Positions 9,657 to 17,452 of a DNA stretch of 64,000 nt are shown here, one piece after another. The stretch spans positions 50,826 through 114,825 of the forward strand of contig PAPO01000024.1 in assembly GCA_002708935.1 (NCBI GenBank), written 5' to 3'. This DNA is from Acidimicrobiaceae bacterium (lineage in GTDB: Bacteria; Actinomycetota; Acidimicrobiia; Acidimicrobiales; Poriferisodalaceae). How positions within the stretch are numbered: position 1 is the first letter of the stretch; each line of letters opens with the position of its first letter. The notes below the pieces were generated by a model that saw nothing but the letters and a program-made list of their open reading frames with translations, ran no database searches and was not told the DNA's origin. Both the position numbers and the translations under genes were made by a program.

Positions 9657-10889
9657 ATGACAGCACTCGAAGTTGAGGTGGACCCAGGCGAAGCGGGCTT
9701 TGACGCCAAGCGCCTAGGTAGGTTAAGTACCCACCTAAACAAATATGTGGACAAAGGACTTCTCCCCGGCGTAAACGTATTGGTCAGTCGCGGTGAGGAA
9801 ATCGTTTATCGACACATGTACGGAGCGCGCGACATGGAACGCGCATTGCCGGTGGAAGCTGACACTATTTACCGTTTTTATTCAATGACGAAGCCCATTA
9901 CTTCGATCGCCATAATGCAACTATACGAGCAGGGTCTGTTCCAGTTGAAAGACCCAATATCGCGGTGGATACCTTCATTCGCGGGTAGTCAGGTTTTTGC
10001 TGGTGGGGACGCACTCCAGCCTCAAACACGTGACGCAACTAGAGACATATCGGTTCATGACCTATTGACACACACAAGTGGACTTACCTACCACTTCCAT
10101 ATGGCTCATCATGTAGACGAAATGTATAGAAGAGCCGGTTTCGACTGGACGAAAAGTCCAGGTGACTTAGAAAGTCAATGCGACATCCTGGCTTCGCTGC
10201 CTCTTTTGTTCGACCCAGGGAGTGAATGGAATTATTCATATTCGACCGACGTTTTGGGACGCCTTGTTGAGGTAATGAGCGGCCTAAGTCTTGATGCCTA
10301 TTTGAAAAAAAATATTTTCGAGCCCATAGGTATGGTGGACACTGGGTTTTCGGTGCCGGGCGGGCAAGAGGAACGATTTGCCTCTTGCTATTACCCAGAT
10401 GGCGAAACTCAACAGGCAACTTTGCTGGATGATGCTCAACGGTCTCGATACCTTCGCGAACCCGAAGCTTTTTCGGGCGGAGGCGGACTGGTTTCAACCC
10501 TAGGTGACTATCACCGCTTCACCCAGGCACTAAGGAGTGGGGGGGCTTTAAACGGTAAGAGGATTATCGGACGGAAGACCTTGGAATTTATGACTTCCAA
10601 CCATCTACCGGGAGGAGTGGACCTGACTGAATACGGGCGACCGTTGTTTTCAGAAACGGCATACGACGGTGTTGGGTTTGGATTGGGTTTTTCCGTGGTG
10701 GTCGATCCAGCGAAGGCCAAGGTCTTGAGCCAGCAAGGAGAATACGCGTGGGGTGGGGCAGCTTCCACGGCATTTTGGGTGGACCCTGTCGAGGACCTAA
10801 CCGTAATATTTTTAACGCAACTGCTGCCCTCGAGCACACACCCAATTAGGCCCGAGATGAAGGCGTTGGTTTATCAAGCGCTTCTGTAG
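9657..10889 (+). CDS. Serine hydrolase, beta-lactamase/transpeptidase-like (class C family)
   Basis: 410 aa with the SxxK motif (YSMTKPITS), YSYS (YxN-like region), and the WGGAASTAFWVDP C-terminal pattern. Confidence 0.8.
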   Translation: MTALEVEVDPGEAGFDAKRLGRLSTHLNKYVDKGLLPGVNVLVSRGEEIVYRHMYGARDMERALPVEADTIYRFYSMTKPITSIAIMQLYEQGLFQLKDPISRWIPSFAGSQVFAGGDALQPQTRDATRDISVHDLLTHTSGLTYHFHMAHHVDEMYRRAGFDWTKSPGDLESQCDILASLPLLFDPGSEWNYSYSTDVLGRLVEVMSGLSLDAYLKKNIFEPIGMVDTGFSVPGGQEERFASCYYPDGETQQATLLDDAQRSRYLREPEAFSGGGGLVSTLGDYHRFTQALRSGGALNGKRIIGRKTLEFMTSNHLPGGVDLTEYGRPLFSETAYDGVGFGLGFSVVVDPAKAKVLSQQGEYAWGGAASTAFWVDPVEDLTVIFLTQLLPSSTHPIRPEMKALVYQALL

Positions 10890-10969
10890 CTCGTAGAACT
10901 TCTAACTAGATGTGCGCGGTACGGTCGAAGTTGGGTCTATTTGGCTAGGGCGGAAAGAATGATGAGTAA

Positions 10970-12397
10970 ATGCCTGCGAGACTCTCGGTTATGAGCGATG
11001 AAGCTACCGAAGAGTTTGATCTCGTAATTGTCGGCACGGGATCAGGCAACAGTATCCCTGGCCCCGAGTTTGGTCATTGGAAGATAGCAATCGTTGAGAA
11101 AGGTCTGTTCGGAGGCACCTGCCTCAACGTTGGCTGTATCCCATCGAAAATGTTCGTTTACGCAGCCGATGTAGCGGAGACAATTCGAGCAGCTGAGATC
11201 TATGGACTTCAGGCTGAGCTGACGGGAGTGAATTGGTCGGCAATTCGCGACCGGGTGTTTGGACGAATTGATCCGATCGTGGAAGGCGGTGAGAGCTACC
11301 GGTTAGGTGCTGAGTGCCCCAACATCACTGTGTTTAAAGGAGAAGGCCACCTCATAGGTGAACGGACCCTTGAGGTAACTGGTGAAGATGGAGGAGTGAG
11401 CCGTATATCAGGGCGGCATGTAGTTCTGGGCGCGGGAGCCCGCCCGTTTGTGCCGCCTTACCCAGGTCTCATGGATGTTGACTTCCACACCTCGGACACA
11501 GTGATGCGTCTCGAAGTTCTTCCTGAACGAATGCTCATTTTTGGAGGTGGGTATATAGCTGCAGAGCTCGGACATGTTTTCTCGGCCTTCGGTTGTGAGG
11601 TGACCATGGTCAATCGGGGAGACAGGCTGTTGCGCCGAGAAGATGAAGATATTGCCCAACGGTTTACCGAACTAATGAGCCGAAGGTTCGATGTTCGATG
11701 CGGAGCAGAAGTCATAAAAGTCGCGCAAGAGGATGAAATCCTGCGAGTTGAGGTCAGGGTCGATGACAATGTCGAAGTCATCGAAACCGACCTCATTCTG
11801 GTCGCAGCGGGTCGAGTGCCGAATGGTGATCTAATTGGAGCTGAGTCGTGCGGGATTGCTTGCGAAGATGGACGGGTGCTGGTTGATGAGTACTTCCGAA
11901 CAACAGTGCCGGGGGTTTGGGCCTTTGGTGATCTTTCTAATACCCACCAGCTGAAGCACTTAGCAAACGCTGAAGTGAGAGCTCTGCGTCACAACCTTTT
12001 GGTTGCCGACGGGGAAGTCGATACCCCGATGCACAGTGTCGACGACACGTTTGTTCCTCACGCTGTTTTCGGGCATCCACAAGTGGCGTCTGTAGGGCTT
12101 ACAGAGAATGACGCACGCGAGATGGGTGTGCCGTTCGTCGTTGCACTTAAAGAGTACGGAGCGACTGCATATGGTTGGGCAATGGAAGACTCGGAGAGCT
12201 TTTGCAAGTTAATCGCTCATGCTGAAAGTCGACAGCTATTGGGTGCGCACATTATCGGTCCCCAGGCATCGACCCTGATACAGCAGTTGGTGCAAGGCAT
12301 GGAATTCGGACAGACGGTAGACGAGTTGGCCTCTGGTCAGTTCTACACGCACCCAGCGTTGACGGAACTCGTAGAAAACGCCCTGCTGGAATTTTGA
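10970..12397 (+). CDS. mtr: Mycothione reductase-like pyridine nucleotide-disulfide oxidoreductase (start 10970 or ATG 10991)
   Basis: 475 aa with FDLVIVGTGSGNSI, the redox-active disulfide GGTCLNVGCIPSKM, and the C-terminal dimerisation-domain HP motif (FYTHPALTE). Confidence 0.7.
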   Translation: MPARLSVMSDEATEEFDLVIVGTGSGNSIPGPEFGHWKIAIVEKGLFGGTCLNVGCIPSKMFVYAADVAETIRAAEIYGLQAELTGVNWSAIRDRVFGRIDPIVEGGESYRLGAECPNITVFKGEGHLIGERTLEVTGEDGGVSRISGRHVVLGAGARPFVPPYPGLMDVDFHTSDTVMRLEVLPERMLIFGGGYIAAELGHVFSAFGCEVTMVNRGDRLLRREDEDIAQRFTELMSRRFDVRCGAEVIKVAQEDEILRVEVRVDDNVEVIETDLILVAAGRVPNGDLIGAESCGIACEDGRVLVDEYFRTTVPGVWAFGDLSNTHQLKHLANAEVRALRHNLLVADGEVDTPMHSVDDTFVPHAVFGHPQVASVGLTENDAREMGVPFVVALKEYGATAYGWAMEDSESFCKLIAHAESRQLLGAHIIGPQASTLIQQLVQGMEFGQTVDELASGQFYTHPALTELVENALLEF

Positions 12398-12412
12398 TGT
12401 CCGCGCAACTGA

Positions 12413-13378
12413 TCATTCGGAACTTAGGTTAATTTCCCAAAGCACCTGGTCTAAACAGTCTCCGGCCGACATTGCAGGAAAGCTGCAGGGACGTTCGGTC
12501 GAAATCGTTGATGGAACTGGAGACAGAATCGTCCAGGGGGTCGGGTGACAGAACTGAACGACGCTGAGCCGCCCCTCGTTTTGATTTGGATCGGCGACGA
12601 CTCGATGCCATCCCACGGGGATTAGACCGTTAGTCAACCTTTCAAGCATGATACCGGTGTTGATGATGACGTATCCGTCCGGTGGTGTTGCATCGACCCA
12701 TCGGTCTTCAATCTTGACCTGAAGTCCGCGACTAGTAGCTCTTGGTAGAGCTGTTATCAGATTGATATCTCCGTGTTCTTCTGCCCAAACATGACCGCCA
12801 TCCCCGGTTTTTGGGGCTTCGTTCATAGGTGGATAGTTGATAGCTCTGGTGAGATGGGACCCATCTTTCAGCATGGTGTCGAAGAAGCTCGCGTTCACGC
12901 CGATGCCGGTAGCGATTATTCGCAAAAAGCGAGTTTGGAGTTCCACAAGGTTTTCGTGAAAAGTCGACAAGATTTGAGCAGCTTCGGGAAGGTGGTTGGA
13001 AGGAAAGACTGGGTCACCATATCGATGCGGATATCGGGCACGCAGCGGATGCCCATTTGGTAGAGGTGCTCCCCAATTCAGCATCTCCTTCCAATCTGGG
13101 GTGTGAGACACTGCTGCTGTTTCAACCAACAAGCCTGTGTAACCGCTTTGGCCTCTGGAGCCGCTAGCTATGTATTCCTCTTTGGCCTCCAAGGGAAGAT
13201 TAAAGAACCTCGATAGAACGTCGTAAGTGTCGTCGAGCATTGCTTCGGAGAGGTCATGTTTGGTGTAGACGAACCCTGTAGCGAGACTCCGCATGACACC
13301 ATCTACTACTGCGAGACGCTCTTTGGTGCTTCCTTGTTCGAAAGCCAATAAGTCAACGTCGAGAATTTCATTCATCAT
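12413..13378 (-). CDS. 2OG-Fe(II) oxygenase, isopenicillin N synthase-like family
   Basis: 321 aa with the HxD iron motif in EEHGDINLITALP, a later GWHRV histidine, and RLSVVQF (2OG-binding R-x-S). Confidence 0.8.
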   Translation of the reverse strand: MMNEILDVDLLAFEQGSTKERLAVVDGVMRSLATGFVYTKHDLSEAMLDDTYDVLSRFFNLPLEAKEEYIASGSRGQSGYTGLLVETAAVSHTPDWKEMLNWGAPLPNGHPLRARYPHRYGDPVFPSNHLPEAAQILSTFHENLVELQTRFLRIIATGIGVNASFFDTMLKDGSHLTRAINYPPMNEAPKTGDGGHVWAEEHGDINLITALPRATSRGLQVKIEDRWVDATPPDGYVIINTGIMLERLTNGLIPVGWHRVVADPNQNEGRLSVVQFCHPTPWTILSPVPSTISTERPCSFPAMSAGDCLDQVLWEINLSSE

Positions 13379-13408
13379 GAGCCAAGGTATGTGTAATTCG
13401 CAGGGTTG

Positions 13409-13978
13409 TCAGTCAGTTTTTCCGGTTAACCAAAGTTCGTACCTCTCGGTGTCGGTCCAAGCCCCCGTCAATTCGTCGAATCTTTTTGCTGGTCCAAGCA
13501 TGAGCGAAGTGAGCCCGTCGCGTGCTTCTGAGCTAGACACCGAGTTCATGTTTTGTGGAAGAAGGAGTTCTTGGGTGGGAGGCGCTTCGAATGGTTGCCG
13601 AGGGACGATCGCAAGTTCAGGCAACGTTGCGAGGGCCGAATCACGCAACGCTGTATCACCTTCATAAAAAATTGGATCCTGTATCTGGTGCCATTTGTCA
13701 GCTCCCATTACTAACAAGTCGTAACCAACAGCCATATCTGCCAATAGTTGAGAGTCTGTTACACGAATTTGTAGCCATTCATGTTCAGCGGCTACCTCTT
13801 CCAATATTGCGATGCGATGTTCGAACCTCGGAATAGAAACATCCTCTTTAGCTAGAGCAACTCTGCTGACCGCCCAGACGACCTGTTCTATTTCGTGTTG
13901 GGCTATCACCGCCTCCGAAATAGCTAAATGCGCCACTGTCGGCGGATTGAATGATCCGGGATATATCGCAGTGGCCAT
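13409..13978 (-). CDS. Cytidylyltransferase-fold nucleotidyltransferase, NadD-like
   Basis: 189 aa with the GSFNPPTVAHLAI (GxFxPxHxxH) motif and a C-terminal SSSEAR (ISSTxxR-like) motif. Its start lies 1 nt after the stop of the J-domain gene. Confidence 0.65.
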   Translation of the reverse strand: MATAIYPGSFNPPTVAHLAISEAVIAQHEIEQVVWAVSRVALAKEDVSIPRFEHRIAILEEVAAEHEWLQIRVTDSQLLADMAVGYDLLVMGADKWHQIQDPIFYEGDTALRDSALATLPELAIVPRQPFEAPPTQELLLPQNMNSVSSSEARDGLTSLMLGPAKRFDELTGAWTDTERYELWLTGKTD

Positions 13979-13979
13979 A

Positions 13980-14687
13980 TCAGATACGTCTACCAGTCAA
14001 CGACCGCAGAGCTCTCGGGTTGCCGCCAAGTTTAATTTCGACATCCCTGTTGATTCCGTGCGCAAGGTTGTCCCACATCCGGTCAATCAATTGAGCGCAA
14101 AGGACATCGTCGTCACGCACCCCATCTGCCGAAGAACGACGCAGGAAGGGGATGCAGTAGGCGTTTAGGCCGATTAATGCCGAAGCTAATCCTAAGTCCA
14201 GAGGCGCTGCCCCTGCTTCGCGAGATAGCTGAACCCTGAGTTCTATATTTTCACCGAGAACCTGGATTATTGGCAGTGCGAGTTCCTCGTATGCCGCTCG
14301 AGGAACTTGGTGTCGATTGGATAACGCTTGGGTAGCACTTCGCGCTGCTTCGTCTCCGAGTCTCAATGTTTGGAGTCTTATTCCAGCGAACCAAGCGGCC
14401 TTTCTGTTCAGCTTTTGGGGAGGAGGGAACCGAGATCGGGTTTGTTTCGGAGATGGCGCAGTTTTCAAGACGCGATCATATTCAGCTCGACGACCTGGGT
14501 CAGACAAGACGAACCAGGCATCGTTAATCTGGCGCATTACAGCCGAATCACCAGACTGTCTATCGGGGTGATGGACAAGTGCTAGTCGTCGATAGGCACG
14601 TTGTAGAGACTCTTGAGTACTGCCAACTGGGACCCCTAATTGTTCGTACAACGATGGGTTGACCACCTTGCTCTTGGAATCGTCCAT
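13980..14687 (-). CDS. J-domain (DnaJ-like) protein with an uncharacterised C-terminal region
   Basis: 235 aa. The N-terminal J domain reads YEQLGVPVGSTQESLQRAYRRLALVHHPDR and includes the HPD tripeptide. There is no zinc finger or DnaJ C-terminal domain. Confidence 0.8.
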   Translation of the reverse strand: MDDSKSKVVNPSLYEQLGVPVGSTQESLQRAYRRLALVHHPDRQSGDSAVMRQINDAWFVLSDPGRRAEYDRVLKTAPSPKQTRSRFPPPQKLNRKAAWFAGIRLQTLRLGDEAARSATQALSNRHQVPRAAYEELALPIIQVLGENIELRVQLSREAGAAPLDLGLASALIGLNAYCIPFLRRSSADGVRDDDVLCAQLIDRMWDNLAHGINRDVEIKLGGNPRALRSLTGRRI

Positions 14688-14690
14688 AGG

Positions 14691-15749
14691 TCAGTTTCTC
14701 AGCGCGATATGTCCAGGGTCTCCTGGCTCCAACTCACCTATTACCGCTGCGAAGTGACCCACTTCTGTGAGTTCTGCAACAGCATCGACAGCAGCGGACG
14801 CGTCACAAGAGAATAGAAGGCCTCCCGAGGTTTGAGCATCGCAGAGAATGAGGCGCTCAGTAAAGGATCCGCCACTTAAAAATGGTTCAAGAAAATCTAG
14901 GTTTCTTTCGGTGCCTCCAGCCACGAAACCACCTTCAACCAGGTCATTAGTGCCAGGTAGAAGTGGAACCGATGTTGTTTCGACTGAGGCAGATAACCCA
15001 CTCGCTGATGCCAGCTCATAGAGGTGACCGAGGAGGCCGAACCCCGTAACGTCTGTGGCTGCTGAGGCCCCCACTCGAGAGGCAGTTTTGGCCGCCGAGG
15101 AATTGAGGCGAGTCATTTCTCGAACGCCCGCAAGGTAAACCTCATTTAATGAACCGTCTTGTGAAATGGCTTCAGGGTCGGAACGCTTTAAAGCTGTTGC
15201 CAATAAACCTGTTCCTATTGGCTTTGTTAGGACCAGAGCTTGACCCGCTTCACCTCCGCCATTGGTAAGAAGTTCTTCAGGTGCAACTTCGCCCACGATA
15301 GACATCCCGTACATTGGTTCAGGTCCATCAACGGTATGACCGCCGGCTACGACCCAGCCGCCCTCATCAGCAGCCATCTGACCTCCGATGAGGACATCGC
15401 CGAGGATCTCCAAGGCAAGTTCCTCCCTCGGCCACGCGACCAGGTTGAGTGCGAATAATGGCTCGCCTCCCATGGCATAAATGTCGCTGACGGCGTTAGT
15501 CGCGGATATCTGACCCCAGAGTTTTGGGTCATCAACTATTGGGGTGAAAAAGTCGGCTGTGGCAGCTAGAGCATTCCCATCTGAGCGTTGCCACACGGCA
15601 GCGTCGTCGCTATTTTCTGTGCCGACCAGAAGGTCGGGATGACTAGGATTTGGCAAGTGACGCAACACGTGCGCCAAGTCACTGGGACCGAGCTTGCAAG
15701 CTCAACCAGCGCCGTGGCTGTATTGGGTCAGTCGAATCAAACTTGTCAC
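14691..15749 (-). CDS. selD: Selenide, water dikinase (selenophosphate synthetase) SelD, selenocysteine-containing (in-frame TGA at 15702-15704)
   Basis: The track ORF 14691..15677 carries SelD body motifs (AVSDIYAMGGEPLFALNLVAWP, GGHTVDG) but lacks the N-terminal active-site loop. Reading upstream in frame on the minus strand gives VTSLIRLTQYSHGAG-TGA-ACKLGPSDLAHVL. This matches E. coli IRLTQYSHGAGCGCK with the TGA at the Cys17 position. The start is GTG 15749 or TTG 15740. Confidence 0.85.
15656..15683 (-). promoter_or_regulatory. Candidate SECIS-like hairpin downstream of the selD UGA
   Basis: Minus-strand AGUGAC(16 nt)GUCACU begins 18 nt after the UGA. An alternative inner stem GCGCA/UGCGU has a CGUGU loop. 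Seen by eye only and not folded computationally. Confidence 0.35.
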
Positions 15750-15772
15750 GCCACCACGGTAGTACCCAAGGA

Positions 15773-16702
15773 CTAGTTCACCGTATATGTGCTCATTGTC
15801 TCAAGGAAAATTTGCATTCCCTGATCGCGGTCAATTTTGTAAGCAACTTCGCAGTTGAGTGGTTGATCTCCCCATCCGCGTTGATCCACAACCGTCATGC
15901 CCCGTGTGTGCGCTCCCTCGGTTTCAACGGTTACGTTCCGAAGTTCGAACTCAAATAATTCCGGGTGAGTTATAGCAAGAACAGCGCATGGGTCGTGCAG
16001 AGGGACCCGCTGCCCGCGAGTTCTCTTCTGGTACGACATGAGATAAAAGTCGAAAAGATCGGCAGCGAAACTTGCTACTTGATTATTGATGCTTCGGAGG
16101 TCTGCGATGATTTGTTCATCAATACCGAATTCATGAGTGAGGTTAAGCCCAGCCATTCGAAACGGTTTTATACCAGCGCTAAAAACAATTGAGGCAGCAT
16201 GGGGGTCAGCCCATACATTGAATTCGGCTGTGGCGGTGACGTTACCCACTGTTGCGCTCCCACCCATGATCGATATGCCGGCAACGCGCTCGACTATGTC
16301 GGGTGCTTGTTGCACGGCTAAAGCAATATTTGTAAGAGGTCCGATGGGCACCAGCCACACGTCGTCATTGTCGCGAACGGTGTCAATGATGAAACGCACT
16401 GCATCTGAGCTTTTGGCAGAGCGTGTGACTGTTGGCCGGGATGGTCCATCTAATCCTGTTTTGCCATGGGCCTCTTCGGCATGTCTTGGCGGTAATAAAA
16501 TGGGTTTTTCGGCGCCTGCATGCACCTCAACGTCAAGACCAACAAGTTCTGTGAGGAGAAGAGCATTGTCGGTGGTTAAGTCCAACGGTGCATTACCTGA
16601 CACAGTCGTGATTCCTAGAATTTCGGTCAACTTGGCGGCCATCATGATCGCTACAGCATCGTCGTGTCCGGGGTCGCAGTCGATGATGATTTTGGGCTTC
16701 AT
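15773..16702 (-). CDS. Nucleoside hydrolase (IUNH family)
   Basis: Canonical N-terminus MKPKIIIDCDPGHDDAVAIMMA (DxDxxxDD motif). I prefer ATG 16702-16700, which forms an ATGA overlap with the upstream gene's stop, over the track start at 16744. Confidence 0.85.
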   Translation of the reverse strand: MKPKIIIDCDPGHDDAVAIMMAAKLTEILGITTVSGNAPLDLTTDNALLLTELVGLDVEVHAGAEKPILLPPRHAEEAHGKTGLDGPSRPTVTRSAKSSDAVRFIIDTVRDNDDVWLVPIGPLTNIALAVQQAPDIVERVAGISIMGGSATVGNVTATAEFNVWADPHAASIVFSAGIKPFRMAGLNLTHEFGIDEQIIADLRSINNQVASFAADLFDFYLMSYQKRTRGQRVPLHDPCAVLAITHPELFEFELRNVTVETEGAHTRGMTVVDQRGWGDQPLNCEVAYKIDRDQGMQIFLETMSTYTVN

Positions 16703-17415
16703 ATTCTTGCCATCCCGGGGCCGTTCACGTCCGTGTCTCCCCAATAGTGGGGCAGTCTTAGGTACCCAACTCTTGGTAAGTCAAGCGCGGGTTTCAGTCC
16801 TTGATGAAGTTTGAGTCTTTGGATGGAACGAACGTGACTCAACATTTCGTAAAAAACCATCCAAAGGGAGCCCTCTAGGTCATAGGTGATACTGCTGCCC
16901 TGTGGATCGTCGGTGCTTGCCCCTCTCGGAAGGGTGGTAATTACGTACTTCCAAAACTCGGTGCCTCTAACCGTTTGCGTTTCCGATCTGAGCAGTTCTA
17001 TGGGCTGTTCTTCGACGAGTCTTGTCAGCCAACCGATCCCCAAGTTTAAATGGCTCAAGATGTCCGGTATTTGCGAGAATAAATCAGTATCGAGAACTCG
17101 GTCCCATTTGTTGTTAGGTCCCATCTGATGCTCGGCCCAGTTAATTGGGTCGGGAATGTCACCGTTGGGCCATAGAAGGTGGCCCGCTCGTCTTTTAGTG
17201 AACACAAGGGCATCCCATGCGATATGAGAGACTTGTCTTCTGCAGGACCACCACATCCATTCTTTTTCGGGCGAGGTGTCGTGGAAATCCAGTTGGTCGT
17301 CTGACAGGTCTGCCAGTTCGGCTTCTACCCAATCGACGATGTGGGGGTACCAAGGCATTGCCCCCGACTCTGAAGAAGTTGGCATCTCGAGGATGCTGGG
17401 GTCTGTTAGAGCCAT
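16699..17415 (-). CDS. DinB-like (DinB_2 / mycothiol-transferase-like four-helix bundle) family protein
   Basis: 238 aa with the His-containing helices WSCRRQVSHIAWD and FYEMLSHVRSIQRL, typical of DinB-fold metal-binding proteins. Assigned by eye. Confidence 0.5.
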   Translation of the reverse strand: MALTDPSILEMPTSSESGAMPWYPHIVDWVEAELADLSDDQLDFHDTSPEKEWMWWSCRRQVSHIAWDALVFTKRRAGHLLWPNGDIPDPINWAEHQMGPNNKWDRVLDTDLFSQIPDILSHLNLGIGWLTRLVEEQPIELLRSETQTVRGTEFWKYVITTLPRGASTDDPQGSSITYDLEGSLWMVFYEMLSHVRSIQRLKLHQGLKPALDLPRVGYLRLPHYWGDTDVNGPGMARI

Positions 17416-17452
17416 GTGACGAAGCTAGTCGTGCGCCTTGGATAGTTGCTGT

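Noticed and set aside
12395-12412. The Mtr-like flavoprotein ends in TGA followed in frame by TGT CCG CGC AAC TGA (U-C-P-R-N). This is superficially like the C-terminal Cys-Sec redox tail of thioredoxin reductases.
   Set aside because: Mycothione/glutathione reductase-type enzymes have no such tail. I found no convincing hairpin downstream (only a 4-bp TCCG/CGGA pairing), and the extension is only 4 codons. It is most likely an ordinary stop.
15690-15703. A perfect 14-nt palindrome, GAGCTTGCAAGCTC, overlaps the selD UGA. I considered it as the SECIS or as a protein-binding site.
   Set aside because: It includes two nucleotides of the UGA itself and would form only a 5-bp stem with a 4-nt loop, unlike known bacterial SECIS geometry. 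It also encodes the conserved A-C-K-L active-site residues, so it may be coincidental. It is mentioned in the selD finding but not called as a feature.
16703-16744. The track gives a 14-codon N-terminal extension of the nucleoside hydrolase (MGRHGRERPRDGKN).
   Set aside because: The canonical IUNH N-terminus MKPKIIIDCDPGHDD starts at ATG 16702, which makes an ATGA overlap with the upstream stop. The extension would overlap the upstream coding region.
13409-17415. I considered whether the selD neighbourhood is a selenoneine (senA/senB/senC-like) cluster, because a DinB-like protein lies two genes upstream of selD.
   Set aside because: There is no EgtB/FGE-sulfatase-domain selenoneine synthase and no SenB-like glycosyltransferase. 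The DinB-like protein is only 238 aa and stands alone.
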